Shown here piece by piece: positions 8,501 through 18,074 of a stretch of DNA of 36,922 nt. The stretch covers positions 1 through 36,922 of IMG/VR virus record IMGVR_UViG_3300009537_000075, one strand, 5' to 3'. The position numbers and the translations under genes were made by a program. Each line of letters starts with the position of its first letter. Within the stretch, counting starts at the first letter, position 1. The notes under the pieces are model-generated. The model saw only the letters and a list, made by a program, of their open reading frames with translations, made no database searches and was not told where the DNA came from. This DNA comes from a virus.

Positions 8501-9493
8501 ATGGCATTTGATACTATTATACAGCAAGGTAGTTTTGCTTCTGATGGCACGCCTAAAGACCTTACGATTCGATCTGATTTTGATTGGATTGAAGTTTTTA
8601 ATGCAACCGCCGCAGGACAATCAACCGCTGACTTGGGATTTCGATATATTTTCCGTCGAGGCATGGGCGCAGCTGGTGGATATTTTGAAACCAAACTCGG
8701 AACAGTTGCTAATGATCCTATCACTGTAGGCCTCATCCCTTCAGGTGGTTTTAGTTTTCTTGATACATCTGGAAGCCCTGTCGGTGCATTAAACAGCACA
8801 ATTACAGCTGTTTCTACCGCCGCAACTCCAGTTGTTTCGCTTACAAGCACCTCAGGGTTGAGTACTGGTGACGTGGTTCGTCTTATCAACGTGTCCGGCG
8901 CACAACAGCTCGGTGGTTTTGATTTTACCATCGGTTCTGTTGTTGCTAACACAAGCTTTACGCTTGCTCATATGGCACAGTTGAGTGGCGCTGGTACGAC
9001 CGGTTCATTGAGAAAAATCTCATTTGATCCTAACTACTATCCTCGCCGTCGTTTTATTTCTGCTATTAGTAGCGGGGCAGCCGCTGAAGTAACACTCACC
9101 GTTACCCATGGTTACACTGTAGGGCAAGAGGTTCGGTTCCAAGTTCCTGCCGCCTACGGGATGACAGAAATAAACAACTTGACTGGTACTATTACCGCTG
9201 TGAACACTACAACGAATACCGTCACGGTTGATATTGATTCATCCGGATTTACCTCCTTCTCCTTCCCATTAACAGCCGCAGTTCCATTTACTCCGGCAAT
9301 GATGGTTCCTGTTGGAGAAGCAGCTGAAGATGCATATACCAATCTTCTTGATGATGCTACCGAAAACCAAGCATTCATCGGTGTTAACCTCGGACTTGGA
9401 GCTGCCGGTGATGGCTCGAATGGTCCTGCAGGGCAAAGCAACGATTCGGTATACTGGATAGCCGGTAAATCATTCAGCGTAAACAACGAATAG
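8501..9493 (+). CDS. Abundant virion protein with two beta-barrel (E1 FCCH-like) modules; possible capsid decoration or head-fibre protein
   Basis: 330 aa, strong RBS AAGGAGA, directly after the capsid gene and followed by a GC hairpin. Modules lie at about aa 105-158 and 195-256. Confidence 0.5.
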   Translation: MAFDTIIQQGSFASDGTPKDLTIRSDFDWIEVFNATAAGQSTADLGFRYIFRRGMGAAGGYFETKLGTVANDPITVGLIPSGGFSFLDTSGSPVGALNSTITAVSTAATPVVSLTSTSGLSTGDVVRLINVSGAQQLGGFDFTIGSVVANTSFTLAHMAQLSGAGTTGSLRKISFDPNYYPRRRFISAISSGAAAEVTLTVTHGYTVGQEVRFQVPAAYGMTEINNLTGTITAVNTTTNTVTVDIDSSGFTSFSFPLTAAVPFTPAMMVPVGEAAEDAYTNLLDDATENQAFIGVNLGLGAAGDGSNGPAGQSNDSVYWIAGKSFSVNNE

Positions 9494-9503
9494 CTAGTAC
9501 ATA

Positions 9504-9530
9504 GGGGGCCAACAGGCCCCCACTTATCTT
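9504..9530 (+). terminator. GC-rich hairpin terminator
   Basis: GGGGGCC (9504-9510), AACA loop, GGCCCCC (9515-9521), followed by ACTTATCTT. Confidence 0.55.
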
Positions 9531-9541
9531 GAAAGGAACGT

Positions 9542-9934
9542 ATGGCTGAATCTACAATGAAAGAAACGCCAAAAAAGAACTTGAGATACCAACGAGATAA
9601 AGATCGCGAGAAGGTGAAGGGAATATTTAAATTTTATGAGGTTCCAGGCGGAACGATGAGCTTTGTGGCTAAGGCATACAAAGAGGATCAACCGGAGCGA
9701 TACGATCTCGTTGACGGCAATGTATATGAGATTCCATTGGGGATTGCCAAACATTTGAATAAAAATGGATGGTATCCGGTGCATGCTTATTCACAAACAG
9801 AATCAGGAGCACCCGCTCAACGCATTGGACAAAAAGTACATAGATTTGGGTTCCAGAGTTTGGAATTCGTAGATGTAGAAGATATGTCTCACAGTCCCGC
9901 ACAACAAATCGTCACCGTGGAAGACGTTAAATAA
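9542..9934 (+). CDS. Hypothetical virion-module protein (130 aa)
   Basis: RBS AAAGGAA, compact ORF within the structural block. Confidence 0.6.
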   Translation: MAESTMKETPKKNLRYQRDKDREKVKGIFKFYEVPGGTMSFVAKAYKEDQPERYDLVDGNVYEIPLGIAKHLNKNGWYPVHAYSQTESGAPAQRIGQKVHRFGFQSLEFVDVEDMSHSPAQQIVTVEDVK

Positions 9935-9940
9935 GGAGTA

Positions 9941-10555
9941 ATGATGGCTATATTGGCTAATCCCTCGCCAATATTTCAACCGGCGCTACGGATTATAAGT
10001 GCAATAACTAAAGCACAGGAAGCGCAGGTAACAACGTCGTTTGACCACGACTATATCACTGGTGAGATTGTGCGGCTGTTAGTACCGATTGATTTTGGAA
10101 TGTGGCAGATCAATAAACTCACGGGAACAATAACAGTGACGGGATCCGATACATTCACCATTGATATAGATACCACCAACTTTGATACGTTTTCTGTTCC
10201 TCAAGGAGTAAATATTGGAACTACAGATGCGGTAACTGGAAACTTTACCTCCTCTGCCGTTCCGGGCCCCTTTGCAGTTGGTCAACGATTTGTTATTGGA
10301 AGTACCACCTTTACCGTCGTAAGTATTGCTCCGGGAGCACAAGCAATGGTCGTTACGGCATCTTCTGATGCAACGGGAACGTTTAATTCTGCAACGAGCA
10401 CGGTAACGATTACCGGGAATGATGAGAATCCAAGTACAGCGGTAACATTTTTCTCTGTGAATACTAACCAACATCCTCAAGTTGAGCCCATTGGAGAAAT
10501 AAATAGCACCCTTGCAGCAGCTACAAAAAATACTCTTCCTTCCGGGAATCGATGA
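9941..10555 (+). CDS. Virion protein with one FCCH-like beta-barrel module (204 aa)
   Basis: RBS TAAGGAG. Residues 18-87 (AITKAQEAQVTTSFDHDYITGEIVRLLVPIDFGMWQINKLTGTITV..FTIDIDTTNFDTFSVP) are paralogous to aa 187-256 of the 8501 gene. Confidence 0.6.
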   Translation: MMAILANPSPIFQPALRIISAITKAQEAQVTTSFDHDYITGEIVRLLVPIDFGMWQINKLTGTITVTGSDTFTIDIDTTNFDTFSVPQGVNIGTTDAVTGNFTSSAVPGPFAVGQRFVIGSTTFTVVSIAPGAQAMVVTASSDATGTFNSATSTVTITGNDENPSTAVTFFSVNTNQHPQVEPIGEINSTLAAATKNTLPSGNR

Positions 10556-10634
10556 TGCTAATATAACGTCGCCTTCCAATTGGGAATATCCCGATAGGAA
10601 AGGGGCAGAGAGATTTTAATGTACTGGAGCGCTT

Positions 10635-11675
10635 ATGGCAGATTCAACGCTTACTGCGATACGAACCAAAGTCCGTCGGTTGACGCGAAGCCCATCACAG
10701 CAGCAATTGGCTGACGCAGATATCGATGAATACGTAAATACGTTTGTTCTTTATGACTTTCCTGAACACCTCAGACTGTTCACATTACGTTCAACCTTCG
10801 AATTTGTCACGAGCCCATATATAGATAAATATTCGACAAATACTACAGATCCTAATGATCCATTTTTTGACTTTAAAGAGCGGTTTATATCCCTTCATGC
10901 TCCAATATATATTGCAGGATTCAAAACATTCTTCTCGCAAGATCGGGAACAGTTTTTTGGGATCTATCCACAAAATACAAGCATAAAATCTATTGGAACA
11001 ACGGGAAATGGCGCTACTACAAACTATACCGGAACGATAACGGAAGCACCGATCGTTCAAGAGCACGTGCTATTTAGTTCTGTAGGGGCCAATAATGTAG
11101 GACTATCCCTGGTCGATGTGCCTGTTGTAGATGCGAACGGCAATAAAACTACAGACGGAAACTTGTATGTGCCTGGAACAGAGCCTGCAGTTCCTCCTAC
11201 CGTTATCCTCCCAACTAACACAATAAACTATGTAACAGGCGTCTTTAACATTACCTTCTCTTCGGCCCCCGCTTCAGGTCAGGGGATTTTTAGCGAGTCA
11301 TTGCCCTATGTGGCAGCACGACCACAGGCTCTTTTGTATTATGAAAATGAGATAACATTGCGACCCGTTCCCGATATTCCTTATCGAGTAAGCATTGAGG
11401 CGTATGTACGCCCAACAGAATTGCTTGCAACGAACCAGAGCCCTGAGCTAGAACAATGGTGGCAATACATCGCATACGGAGCATCGAAAAAGATTTTTGA
11501 AGACCGCATGGATACATCGAGCGTTCAGCAAATACTACCGGAGTTTAATCAACAAGAGCGCCTTGTGCTTCGAAGAACTATTGTGCAACAAACAAACGAC
11601 CGCACTGCCACGATCTATACAGAACAAACAGGCCTTGGTAGTAATTGGTGGTTCGGATCTGGCGGTCCATTCTAA
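10635..11675 (+). CDS. Head-tail adaptor / tail tubular A-like protein (346 aa)
   Basis: It lies before the nozzle gene. The N-terminus LTAIRTKVRRLTRSPSQQQLADADIDEYVN resembles adaptor N-termini. Assignment rests mainly on synteny. Confidence 0.4.
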   Translation: MADSTLTAIRTKVRRLTRSPSQQQLADADIDEYVNTFVLYDFPEHLRLFTLRSTFEFVTSPYIDKYSTNTTDPNDPFFDFKERFISLHAPIYIAGFKTFFSQDREQFFGIYPQNTSIKSIGTTGNGATTNYTGTITEAPIVQEHVLFSSVGANNVGLSLVDVPVVDANGNKTTDGNLYVPGTEPAVPPTVILPTNTINYVTGVFNITFSSAPASGQGIFSESLPYVAARPQALLYYENEITLRPVPDIPYRVSIEAYVRPTELLATNQSPELEQWWQYIAYGASKKIFEDRMDTSSVQQILPEFNQQERLVLRRTIVQQTNDRTATIYTEQTGLGSNWWFGSGGPF

Positions 11676-11687
11676 AAAGGATAGATA

Positions 11688-12269
11688 ATGGCATTTAATC
11701 AGAACATACCGCAGCCAACAGATAGATTAAAAGACTCTCAGTCAGATCTATTAGGTAATTTTGGCGCAATCAAAGACCTTATTGATGTTAATCATGAGAC
11801 ATTCGGAGATCCTGATGAAGGGAAACATAGTTGGGTATCACTTCCCATAAAAGCAGACCCTGTAGCACCGACCATTTCGGGATCAAATATAGCTATTTAT
11901 GCAAAAAATGACCCAACTACTACCAGAACAGAGCTTTATTATAAGCAGGCAACTGGTGGAAATGTTTTTAATATAACAGGTGGACAACGAGCTGTTACAG
12001 GATGGTCATACCTGAGCCAGAATATAATAACGGCATGGGGAAGTAGTAGCGGATCTGGCGATGTGGTTGTTACGCCATCACAAGTTACTTTTGGCAAAAT
12101 TTATAGTGTACAAATAACGACATGGTTAGAGGGATCTTCTCCAGCAGATAAATTGGCTAGACTGAAAGAAATTGCTACATCAGGTAATACGTTTACTGTT
12201 TTCTGTTCAAACTTAAGTGGAGATGCTGCAAGCACGGGATTTCAGTGGATGGCTATAGGAGTTCGTTAA
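11688..12269 (+). CDS. Tail-associated hypothetical protein (193 aa)
   Basis: RBS AAAAGGA. N-terminal motif PQPTDRLKDSQSDLLGNFGAIKDLIDVNHETFGDPDEGKH is common in tail or fibre accessory proteins. It abuts the nozzle gene. Confidence 0.45.
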   Translation: MAFNQNIPQPTDRLKDSQSDLLGNFGAIKDLIDVNHETFGDPDEGKHSWVSLPIKADPVAPTISGSNIAIYAKNDPTTTRTELYYKQATGGNVFNITGGQRAVTGWSYLSQNIITAWGSSSGSGDVVVTPSQVTFGKIYSVQITTWLEGSSPADKLARLKEIATSGNTFTVFCSNLSGDAASTGFQWMAIGVR

Positions 12270-14438
12270 ATGAAATACGATCGCTTTATGATTGCACCGC
12301 TTAATACCGGTTTACAAACCGATGTTAGACCGTGGCTTATTCCCGATGATGCATTTTCGCTTCTTAATAATGCATATGTTTTCCGTGGACGAGTCAGAAA
12401 GCGATTTGGTTCCTTATTGATGAACGGATCAGTTGATCCAGGTGTAGCACAACTGAATTCCCGCGTCCGTATACAAGTTGATACTACTGACGGTGCAGGA
12501 AATGCAGCAGGAACCGTCCCGGGTTCTACCTTTAAGGTAGGGCAACTATTTTCTATAGGTGATGAGATATTCACCGTTAATGCTTTGGGGGCACCCGCCG
12601 CGATGCTTAAGACGGGTGCCACAGTAACTGCAACGTATAACACAACAACTGGCGCATATAATTTTGTCGGAGCAGCGCTCAATACTGCAGTCTATTTCTT
12701 CCCGGCCGAACCGATTATGGGACTTATAACGTATGAGACAGCGCTTATTAATGATGAGCCAACATATGCATTTGATACACAATTTGCATATACGTTTGCC
12801 GGTGGCGCATGGTCGAGGATTGGGACAGCAGTTTGGACTGGAAGTAATTCTCAGTTTTTTTGGGGAACAACGTATCGTGGTATTAATGCATACGAAAACT
12901 TTTTGTTTATAACCAACTTTAATACTCCAGACCAGATAAAGTATTGGGACAGCTCCACATGGACGACCATTAATCCCCAGTTTAATGCGGCTGGCGATAC
13001 CATAGAAACAACTCGAATTATTGAGCCGTTTAAGGATCGTCTTATTTTTCTCAATACAGTGGAAAAGATAGGTGGCAATGATAGATCATTCCAAAATCGA
13101 TGCAGATTCTCTCAAAACGGAAATCCAGTAGCTGCCGACGCATGGCGAGAAGATATTGCCGGAAGGGGTGGTTACATAGATGCTCCAACTAAAGAAGCTA
13201 TCATCAGCGCTGAATTCCTAAAAGATCGCCTTATTGTCTTCTTTGAGCGCAGCACCTGGGAACTTGTGTATACCGGTAACGAAATTCTCCCATTTAGATG
13301 GCAACAAATAAACACAGAGCTTGGCGCAGAATCTACATTCTCTCGCGTACCATTCGACAAAGTGATACTGGGAGTTGGAAACGTCGGGATTCATGCTTGC
13401 AACGGATCGAATGTTGAGCGTATAGACCACAAGATCGATGATGCGGTATTTGAAATTCATAATGAAAACGAAGGGGTCTTCCGCGTTCAAGGCATACGAG
13501 ACTATACGGTAGAGATGGTCTACTGGACATTTCCATCTGCCGATAAAGATACAGAGTTTTCCGATAGGGTATTAACGTATGATTATGTTTCTGGTTCATG
13601 GTCTTTCAACGATGATTCGATCACTGCGTTCGGGTATTTTCAAAATCAATCTGATATTACGTGGGAATCGGTAAACAAAACTTGGGCAGAATCTGTTGAG
13701 CGTTGGAACAGTGGAACGCTTCAATCGCAATTCCGACAAGTTCTTGCAGGAAACCAAGAAGGTTTTGTTTTTATCGTTGATCCTGAGACAACACGAAATG
13801 CTCCAGCACTTCAAATTACCGATATGACCTTTGTAGGAAACCTAGTAACGCTCTCGGTACAGGACCACAATCTGTCGACCGAAGATTTCATTGTTATAGA
13901 GAATGCTCAAGGTATTACATCTCTGAATGATAACGTGTACCAGGTCAATACGGTTGTAGATAGCAATACGATTACCGTACTCCAGGTCGGGGTGTCTGGA
14001 ACCTATACAGGAGGCGGAACAATCGGACGGGTAAGTCGTATCGATATTAAGACAAAACAATACAATTTCTATCTTAAAGAAGGTAGAAATGCGTATGTAT
14101 CAAAAGTAGACTTTTTTGTTACTAAAACATCAGAAGGGTCTATTACCATAGATTCATTTCCTTCATCCTCCGAGGTCTCTCTGACAGAGGAGGGACAGGC
14201 AACCGGGGCCCTTTTAGGAACAAATATCCTGGAAACATCCCCATATTCCACTGTTCCTTTAGAGAATGCCCAGAGCCGCGTGTGGCATCCTGTTTACCTT
14301 CAGTCTGAAGGAGAGACCATCCAATTACGAATCTATCTAAGCGATGACCAGTTACAGGACACTTCTATTGCGTGGAGCGATTTCCAATTAAACGCAATGA
14401 CCTTCTATGCTATGCCAACTGCGGATAGATTGGAGTAG
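12270..14438 (+). CDS. Tail nozzle / tail tubular protein B-like (T7 gp12-like)
   Basis: 722 aa. N-terminus LNTGLQTDVRPWLIPDDAFSLLNNAYVFRGRVRKRFG parallels the T7 gp12 signature GGISQQPD.LR...Q...N......GL.KRPP. Size and position fit. It carries one FCCH-like module around 13840-14020. Confidence 0.6.
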   Translation: MKYDRFMIAPLNTGLQTDVRPWLIPDDAFSLLNNAYVFRGRVRKRFGSLLMNGSVDPGVAQLNSRVRIQVDTTDGAGNAAGTVPGSTFKVGQLFSIGDEIFTVNALGAPAAMLKTGATVTATYNTTTGAYNFVGAALNTAVYFFPAEPIMGLITYETALINDEPTYAFDTQFAYTFAGGAWSRIGTAVWTGSNSQFFWGTTYRGINAYENFLFITNFNTPDQIKYWDSSTWTTINPQFNAAGDTIETTRIIEPFKDRLIFLNTVEKIGGNDRSFQNRCRFSQNGNPVAADAWREDIAGRGGYIDAPTKEAIISAEFLKDRLIVFFERSTWELVYTGNEILPFRWQQINTELGAESTFSRVPFDKVILGVGNVGIHACNGSNVERIDHKIDDAVFEIHNENEGVFRVQGIRDYTVEMVYWTFPSADKDTEFSDRVLTYDYVSGSWSFNDDSITAFGYFQNQSDITWESVNKTWAESVERWNSGTLQSQFRQVLAGNQEGFVFIVDPETTRNAPALQITDMTFVGNLVTLSVQDHNLSTEDFIVIENAQGITSLNDNVYQVNTVVDSNTITVLQVGVSGTYTGGGTIGRVSRIDIKTKQYNFYLKEGRNAYVSKVDFFVTKTSEGSITIDSFPSSSEVSLTEEGQATGALLGTNILETSPYSTVPLENAQSRVWHPVYLQSEGETIQLRIYLSDDQLQDTSIAWSDFQLNAMTFYAMPTADRLE

Positions 14439-14500
14439 ACGTAGATTTTTGGCATCTATAGACTTGAGGAAACGGTCAATTTAATAACAAGGAGGTTTAG

Positions 14501-15121
14501 ATGAAAAAGCTATTTTTAGCTCTTCTTCTTTCAAATTGTTTATCCGCTATGGAGACAGGAATGGCTCCGTTTAAATTTAAATGGCCATGGTCACAAAAGG
14601 AAGAGGAAATATCTTCCTCTGATTCTTCATATACTATATCTGTAGAGAGATCCTCCGAAGATGAAGAAGAAAAAGATGCTTCAATAGAAAAACTATCTCG
14701 AAGAGCGATATCTTTTTGTTTTGATGCACGAGACGGTGTGGATGTTCGACAGATGACCTTTTCAAAAGCAACGATGCAACGAATACAACAGCGCTTACAT
14801 GAAAAAAAAGAAGATCGAACCAATCTTCAGAACATTCTTATGGGTCTTCAATATGATGAACCCGCTTCCTATGAATCACTATCTCCAGGCGAAAAAGAAT
14901 CTCCTCGAGGACAAGATGGAATGGTCAAAGAGGTAAAGGAACTTGTTTTAGGGTCTCTAGAAGAAGTATTTACTGAAAAAGATCGCTATATAATAGAACA
15001 AGAAAATAAAGTGCGCTCACAGCAAATAAAATTTAAAATTGCGGCTCTTGGAGCGTTTACCACTACCATAAGCGCTTTAATTGGAGGATCGACAGCACTA
15101 ATCCTTCATTTTACAAAATAA
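14501..15121 (+). CDS. Signal-peptide protein with Ser/Glu-rich region and C-terminal TM anchor (206 aa)
   Basis: RBS AAGGAGG. Signal peptide MKKLFLALLLSNCLSA-ME. C-terminal anchor IAALGAFTTTISALIGGSTALILHF. Confidence 0.65.
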   Translation: MKKLFLALLLSNCLSAMETGMAPFKFKWPWSQKEEEISSSDSSYTISVERSSEDEEEKDASIEKLSRRAISFCFDARDGVDVRQMTFSKATMQRIQQRLHEKKEDRTNLQNILMGLQYDEPASYESLSPGEKESPRGQDGMVKEVKELVLGSLEEVFTEKDRYIIEQENKVRSQQIKFKIAALGAFTTTISALIGGSTALILHFTK

Positions 15122-15198
15122 AAACTGCTTCATTCACAAAAAACACCGCCCAACCTATGTGGTGGACGGTGATAAAAGGAGAGTAGTAATGAAAATTT

Positions 15199-15750
15199 CT
15201 AGCTTTTTAAAAATTCGAGCACGACATACGTTACATTAAAATTTGTTCTATTGCTACCGGTTGTAATGTTCACATTTGTGCTATCAACATTCAATTCTAT
15301 GATGTTTGCAGCAACAGATGAAGCATATGGAATTGGTAAATATGTTAATCCGGTTGTGTCGGACGCGGTGGCATAAATTCTAGTGAATGTGAACGCACTC
15401 GTTATGTTAATTCCATGTGCCACGCTCTTGGTCGCCGTATTTGGAAGAGCCCCGAAATTAATAACTTTTCTAAATACTTGTCGTAGCTCAGGACTCTTTG
15501 GAGTGGTTGAGCTGAGGGTAGGATCCGCAAAGAATGCCTGACTATTAACAAACTCCTGATCAACATAGTAACCAGTATCTTTGATATTGAGCAACAGCGA
15601 CATATTGTTCAAGTTTTGATACAAGCGAACGAGGAGCTCTTTAAATTCTGGACTCGTTACTTCTGTGCTATAAATCTCGGTCGGGTCCCATATATTAGTC
15701 GTTGGAACGAATGCTCCCGGTCCTAATTGGTTTGGAAATGATTTTGCCAT
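15199..15750 (-). CDS. Reverse-oriented fibre/receptor-binding-like protein (183 aa)
   Basis: RBS AAGGAGA. LYQNLNNMSLLLNIKDTGYY and the beta-rich C-terminal half (FGALPNTATKSVAHGINI...VTYVVLEFLK) look like a fibre-tip jelly-roll domain. It is the only minus-strand gene in this part of the structural block. Confidence 0.55.
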   Translation of the reverse strand: MAKSFPNQLGPGAFVPTTNIWDPTEIYSTEVTSPEFKELLVRLYQNLNNMSLLLNIKDTGYYVDQEFVNSQAFFADPTLSSTTPKSPELRQVFRKVINFGALPNTATKSVAHGINITSAFTFTRIYATASDTTGLTYLPIPYASSVAANIIELNVDSTNVNITTGSNRTNFNVTYVVLEFLKS

Positions 15751-15831
15751 CCTGTCTCCTTAGGTAATACTAGCAATCATACAACATCTTAGTTAGGATA
15801 TGGCGACGATCGTTATAAAGAAAGGATTGAG

Positions 15832-16458
15832 ATGCCATTTTTTAGAGGAACACCCGGTAGGTTTGAACAAGTGCAAAAATTTACCGAGGCGCAGCAATCA
15901 GGAATTGATCAGGCGCTACAACAAGCCCTAAGTGGTCTTCAGCAGCCTCTTGGTGCAGGATTTGCCCCTATAGCACAGCAAGCACGTACACAGTTTGAAG
16001 AACAAACAGTTCCTTCTCTCGCAGAACGATTTACCGCAATGGGCGGCCAAAGAAGTTCAGCATTTCCTCAAGCATTAGGGCAAGCTGGCGCAGGGTTAGA
16101 ACAAGGACTGGCTGCACAACAAGCTCAATTTGGTCTTCAAGAAAGAGGATTACTGCAACAATTATTAGGTACTGGTCTAACGCCAGAATTTGATACAATT
16201 CGATTTAAGCCCCAACCAGGATTTTTAGAAAGTGGTATTGCGCAGCCTCTCTTTCAAGGATTAGGGCAGGCATTACCAGGTTTGGCAACTGGAGGTGCCG
16301 GCGCTATCTCCTCTCTTCTTCCAATGTTGTTAAAATTATTAGGAGGCGCAGGTACAACTCAACAACAAGCGCAGGGAGCTGCACCTCAACAACAATATCA
16401 ACCTTATGTAAGTCCTTCATATCAAAATCTTCAACTTCTTTTTGGAGGAGGGTTTTAA
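15832..16458 (+). CDS. Q/G/A-rich internal virion / ejection-type protein (208 aa)
   Basis: RBS AAAGGA. Low-complexity Q/G/A-rich sequence with a Gly-zipper-like C-terminus (GLATGGAGAISSLLPMLLKLLGGAG). It lies after the nozzle as in T7-like phages. Confidence 0.45.
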   Translation: MPFFRGTPGRFEQVQKFTEAQQSGIDQALQQALSGLQQPLGAGFAPIAQQARTQFEEQTVPSLAERFTAMGGQRSSAFPQALGQAGAGLEQGLAAQQAQFGLQERGLLQQLLGTGLTPEFDTIRFKPQPGFLESGIAQPLFQGLGQALPGLATGGAGAISSLLPMLLKLLGGAGTTQQQAQGAAPQQQYQPYVSPSYQNLQLLFGGGF

Positions 16459-16459
16459 G

Positions 16460-17752
16460 ATGCCTATACAAGAATTTGATGAGCCAGGACTCGGTACTAG
16501 ACTGGGAACCGCGCTTGGAAAAGGTTTAAGTACTGGAATAGAACGTCTTATATCGGATAAATTAAAAGATATTCAGTCTGAGCGCCTTGAGAAATCTGGT
16601 CTACCAGGAGTATTGGCCTACCTCGATCCTCAAACACAGGCTGCCTATCTCAAACAATATGGTGCTGCTCAACAATTAAGTGCTCAACAAGAGAGAGCTG
16701 CTCAAATGCAAGAACAAATAGCGGAAGCAGAATTAGGAAGAAAAGAATTTCAACAAGATGCTCCCGAATTAGATCAATCATTTAAAGAGAAATCTCCTGA
16801 AGAGCAAGCTAATTTGGCATCAGAGCCACATTTAGATGAAACATCGACTATAACTTCCGCAAAAATGGCTCGTCCAACTCCAGAACAATTATCACGAGAA
16901 GCACAGTTATCTACGGCCATAGACAATTTGAGGAATAAGTTAGCAGATCCAACTACTCCTCGAAATCTTAAAGTCGGTATCCAAAAAAGGATAGATGAGA
17001 AAGAAAAACAACTTCAGAAGATTAGCGATCGACTTGAAGATAAAACCGCTGCCGTAAGAAGCGAAGTAACAAAAAACTATAAGAACTCTAAAGACGTTCT
17101 AGATGTTTTAAAGAGACAGCAAGAACTCAATGAGGCAGGGCATTTTCAAACCGCTGGAGATTTGGCCTTCCTCCAGGGACTCGGTATTGAAGATATTGAC
17201 TCTCTTAAACACCCAGACTTGCAAGAATTTATTAAAAACAACGGTGTTTTCTACCGACAATTGAAAGGACTCTTTGGTGGTAGAATAACCAACTCCGAAA
17301 TAGATCTTTTTAGACGTACAATTGCAAACGAATTTCAAAGTCCCGAGGGAAGACGCCGGGTTATAGAATCTTTAAGGAAAGCAGCAAAAGGTGACGTTGT
17401 AAGATTTAAAACAATGAGAGATCTTATCGATAACAACAAAGGAATGCCTCCGGAAAGACTAGAAGAGCTTATCGAGATAAAATCTAAAAAAGATTTGAGA
17501 AAAATAAAAAAAGAATGGCTAGAAGAACTAAAGAAAACTCCACTACCGGAAGCAGAATCAAAATTTGTTACCGGAGTTAAGGCAATTGGGGGAAAGGCCC
17601 TCGGTGGTATCGGAAGAGGTATCCAAAGGGCAGCGGTTCCCGCACTTACCGGAGCCGCAGTAGGATCACTTGCTAGTGGAATCGGAGCAGTTCCCGGAGC
17701 AATTGGTGGTGGATTGCTTGGACTCAGCGGGCTCTTGAGAGGACCTAAGTAG
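16460..17752 (+). CDS. Internal virion / ejection-type protein (430 aa)
   Basis: ATG 16460 is preceded by GGAGGAGGG, right after the upstream stop. Charged coiled-coil centre and a Gly-rich hydrophobic C-terminus (AVPALTGAAVGSLASGIGAVPGAIGGGLLGL). Confidence 0.45.
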   Translation: MPIQEFDEPGLGTRLGTALGKGLSTGIERLISDKLKDIQSERLEKSGLPGVLAYLDPQTQAAYLKQYGAAQQLSAQQERAAQMQEQIAEAELGRKEFQQDAPELDQSFKEKSPEEQANLASEPHLDETSTITSAKMARPTPEQLSREAQLSTAIDNLRNKLADPTTPRNLKVGIQKRIDEKEKQLQKISDRLEDKTAAVRSEVTKNYKNSKDVLDVLKRQQELNEAGHFQTAGDLAFLQGLGIEDIDSLKHPDLQEFIKNNGVFYRQLKGLFGGRITNSEIDLFRRTIANEFQSPEGRRRVIESLRKAAKGDVVRFKTMRDLIDNNKGMPPERLEELIEIKSKKDLRKIKKEWLEELKKTPLPEAESKFVTGVKAIGGKALGGIGRGIQRAAVPALTGAAVGSLASGIGAVPGAIGGGLLGLSGLLRGPK

Positions 17753-17826
17753 CTCCCAAAAACTCTTGCGAGTAATGATATATAATAATATAAGATCACA
17801 GATCATAAATTCCCCCTGTTTCAAGA

Positions 17827-17895
17827 TTATTTATCGATAAACATCACCAACATTAGCATCGCAACAACGATAAGAAATATCCCCACTAACATCAT
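17827..17895 (-). CDS. Possible 22-aa hydrophobic micro-peptide (MMLVGIFLIVVAMLMLVMFIDK)
   Basis: Its ATG overlaps the stop of the upstream gene (ATGA coupling). It is a single TM-length hydrophobic stretch, below the ORF-track cutoff. Confidence 0.25.
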   Translation of the reverse strand: MMLVGIFLIVVAMLMLVMFIDK

Positions 17896-18074
17896 TTTTT
17901 ATCTTCCTTTTCTACCTTCGCACCCTTGTCTTTTATGTCTTTGCCTACCTTCTTATCTTCATCTTTTTCTTTAACATCTTCTTTGGTGCTCATGGGAAAA
18001 AAGGCATCCGAAGGAGGAAGAGCTGCAGAATAAGAAAAAACAAAACTAACCAAAAGAATAATATATTTACTCAT
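17892..18074 (-). CDS. Small secreted Lys/Glu/Asp-rich protein (60 aa)
   Basis: ATG 18074. Signal peptide MSKYIILLVSFVFSYSAALPP, then KEDVKEKDEDKKVGKDIKDKGAKVEKEDKK. Its start overlaps the RHH gene end by 8 nt. Confidence 0.55.
   Translation of the reverse strand: MSKYIILLVSFVFSYSAALPPSDAFFPMSTKEDVKEKDEDKKVGKDIKDKGAKVEKEDKK

Noticed and set aside
15189-15239. Strong RBS (AAAGGAGAG) plus ATG on the plus strand, and possible invertible-segment logic around the reverse-oriented gene 15199..15750.
   Set aside because: The ORF is only 16 codons long. No inverted repeats flank the segment and the genome encodes no invertase, so this is probably chance.
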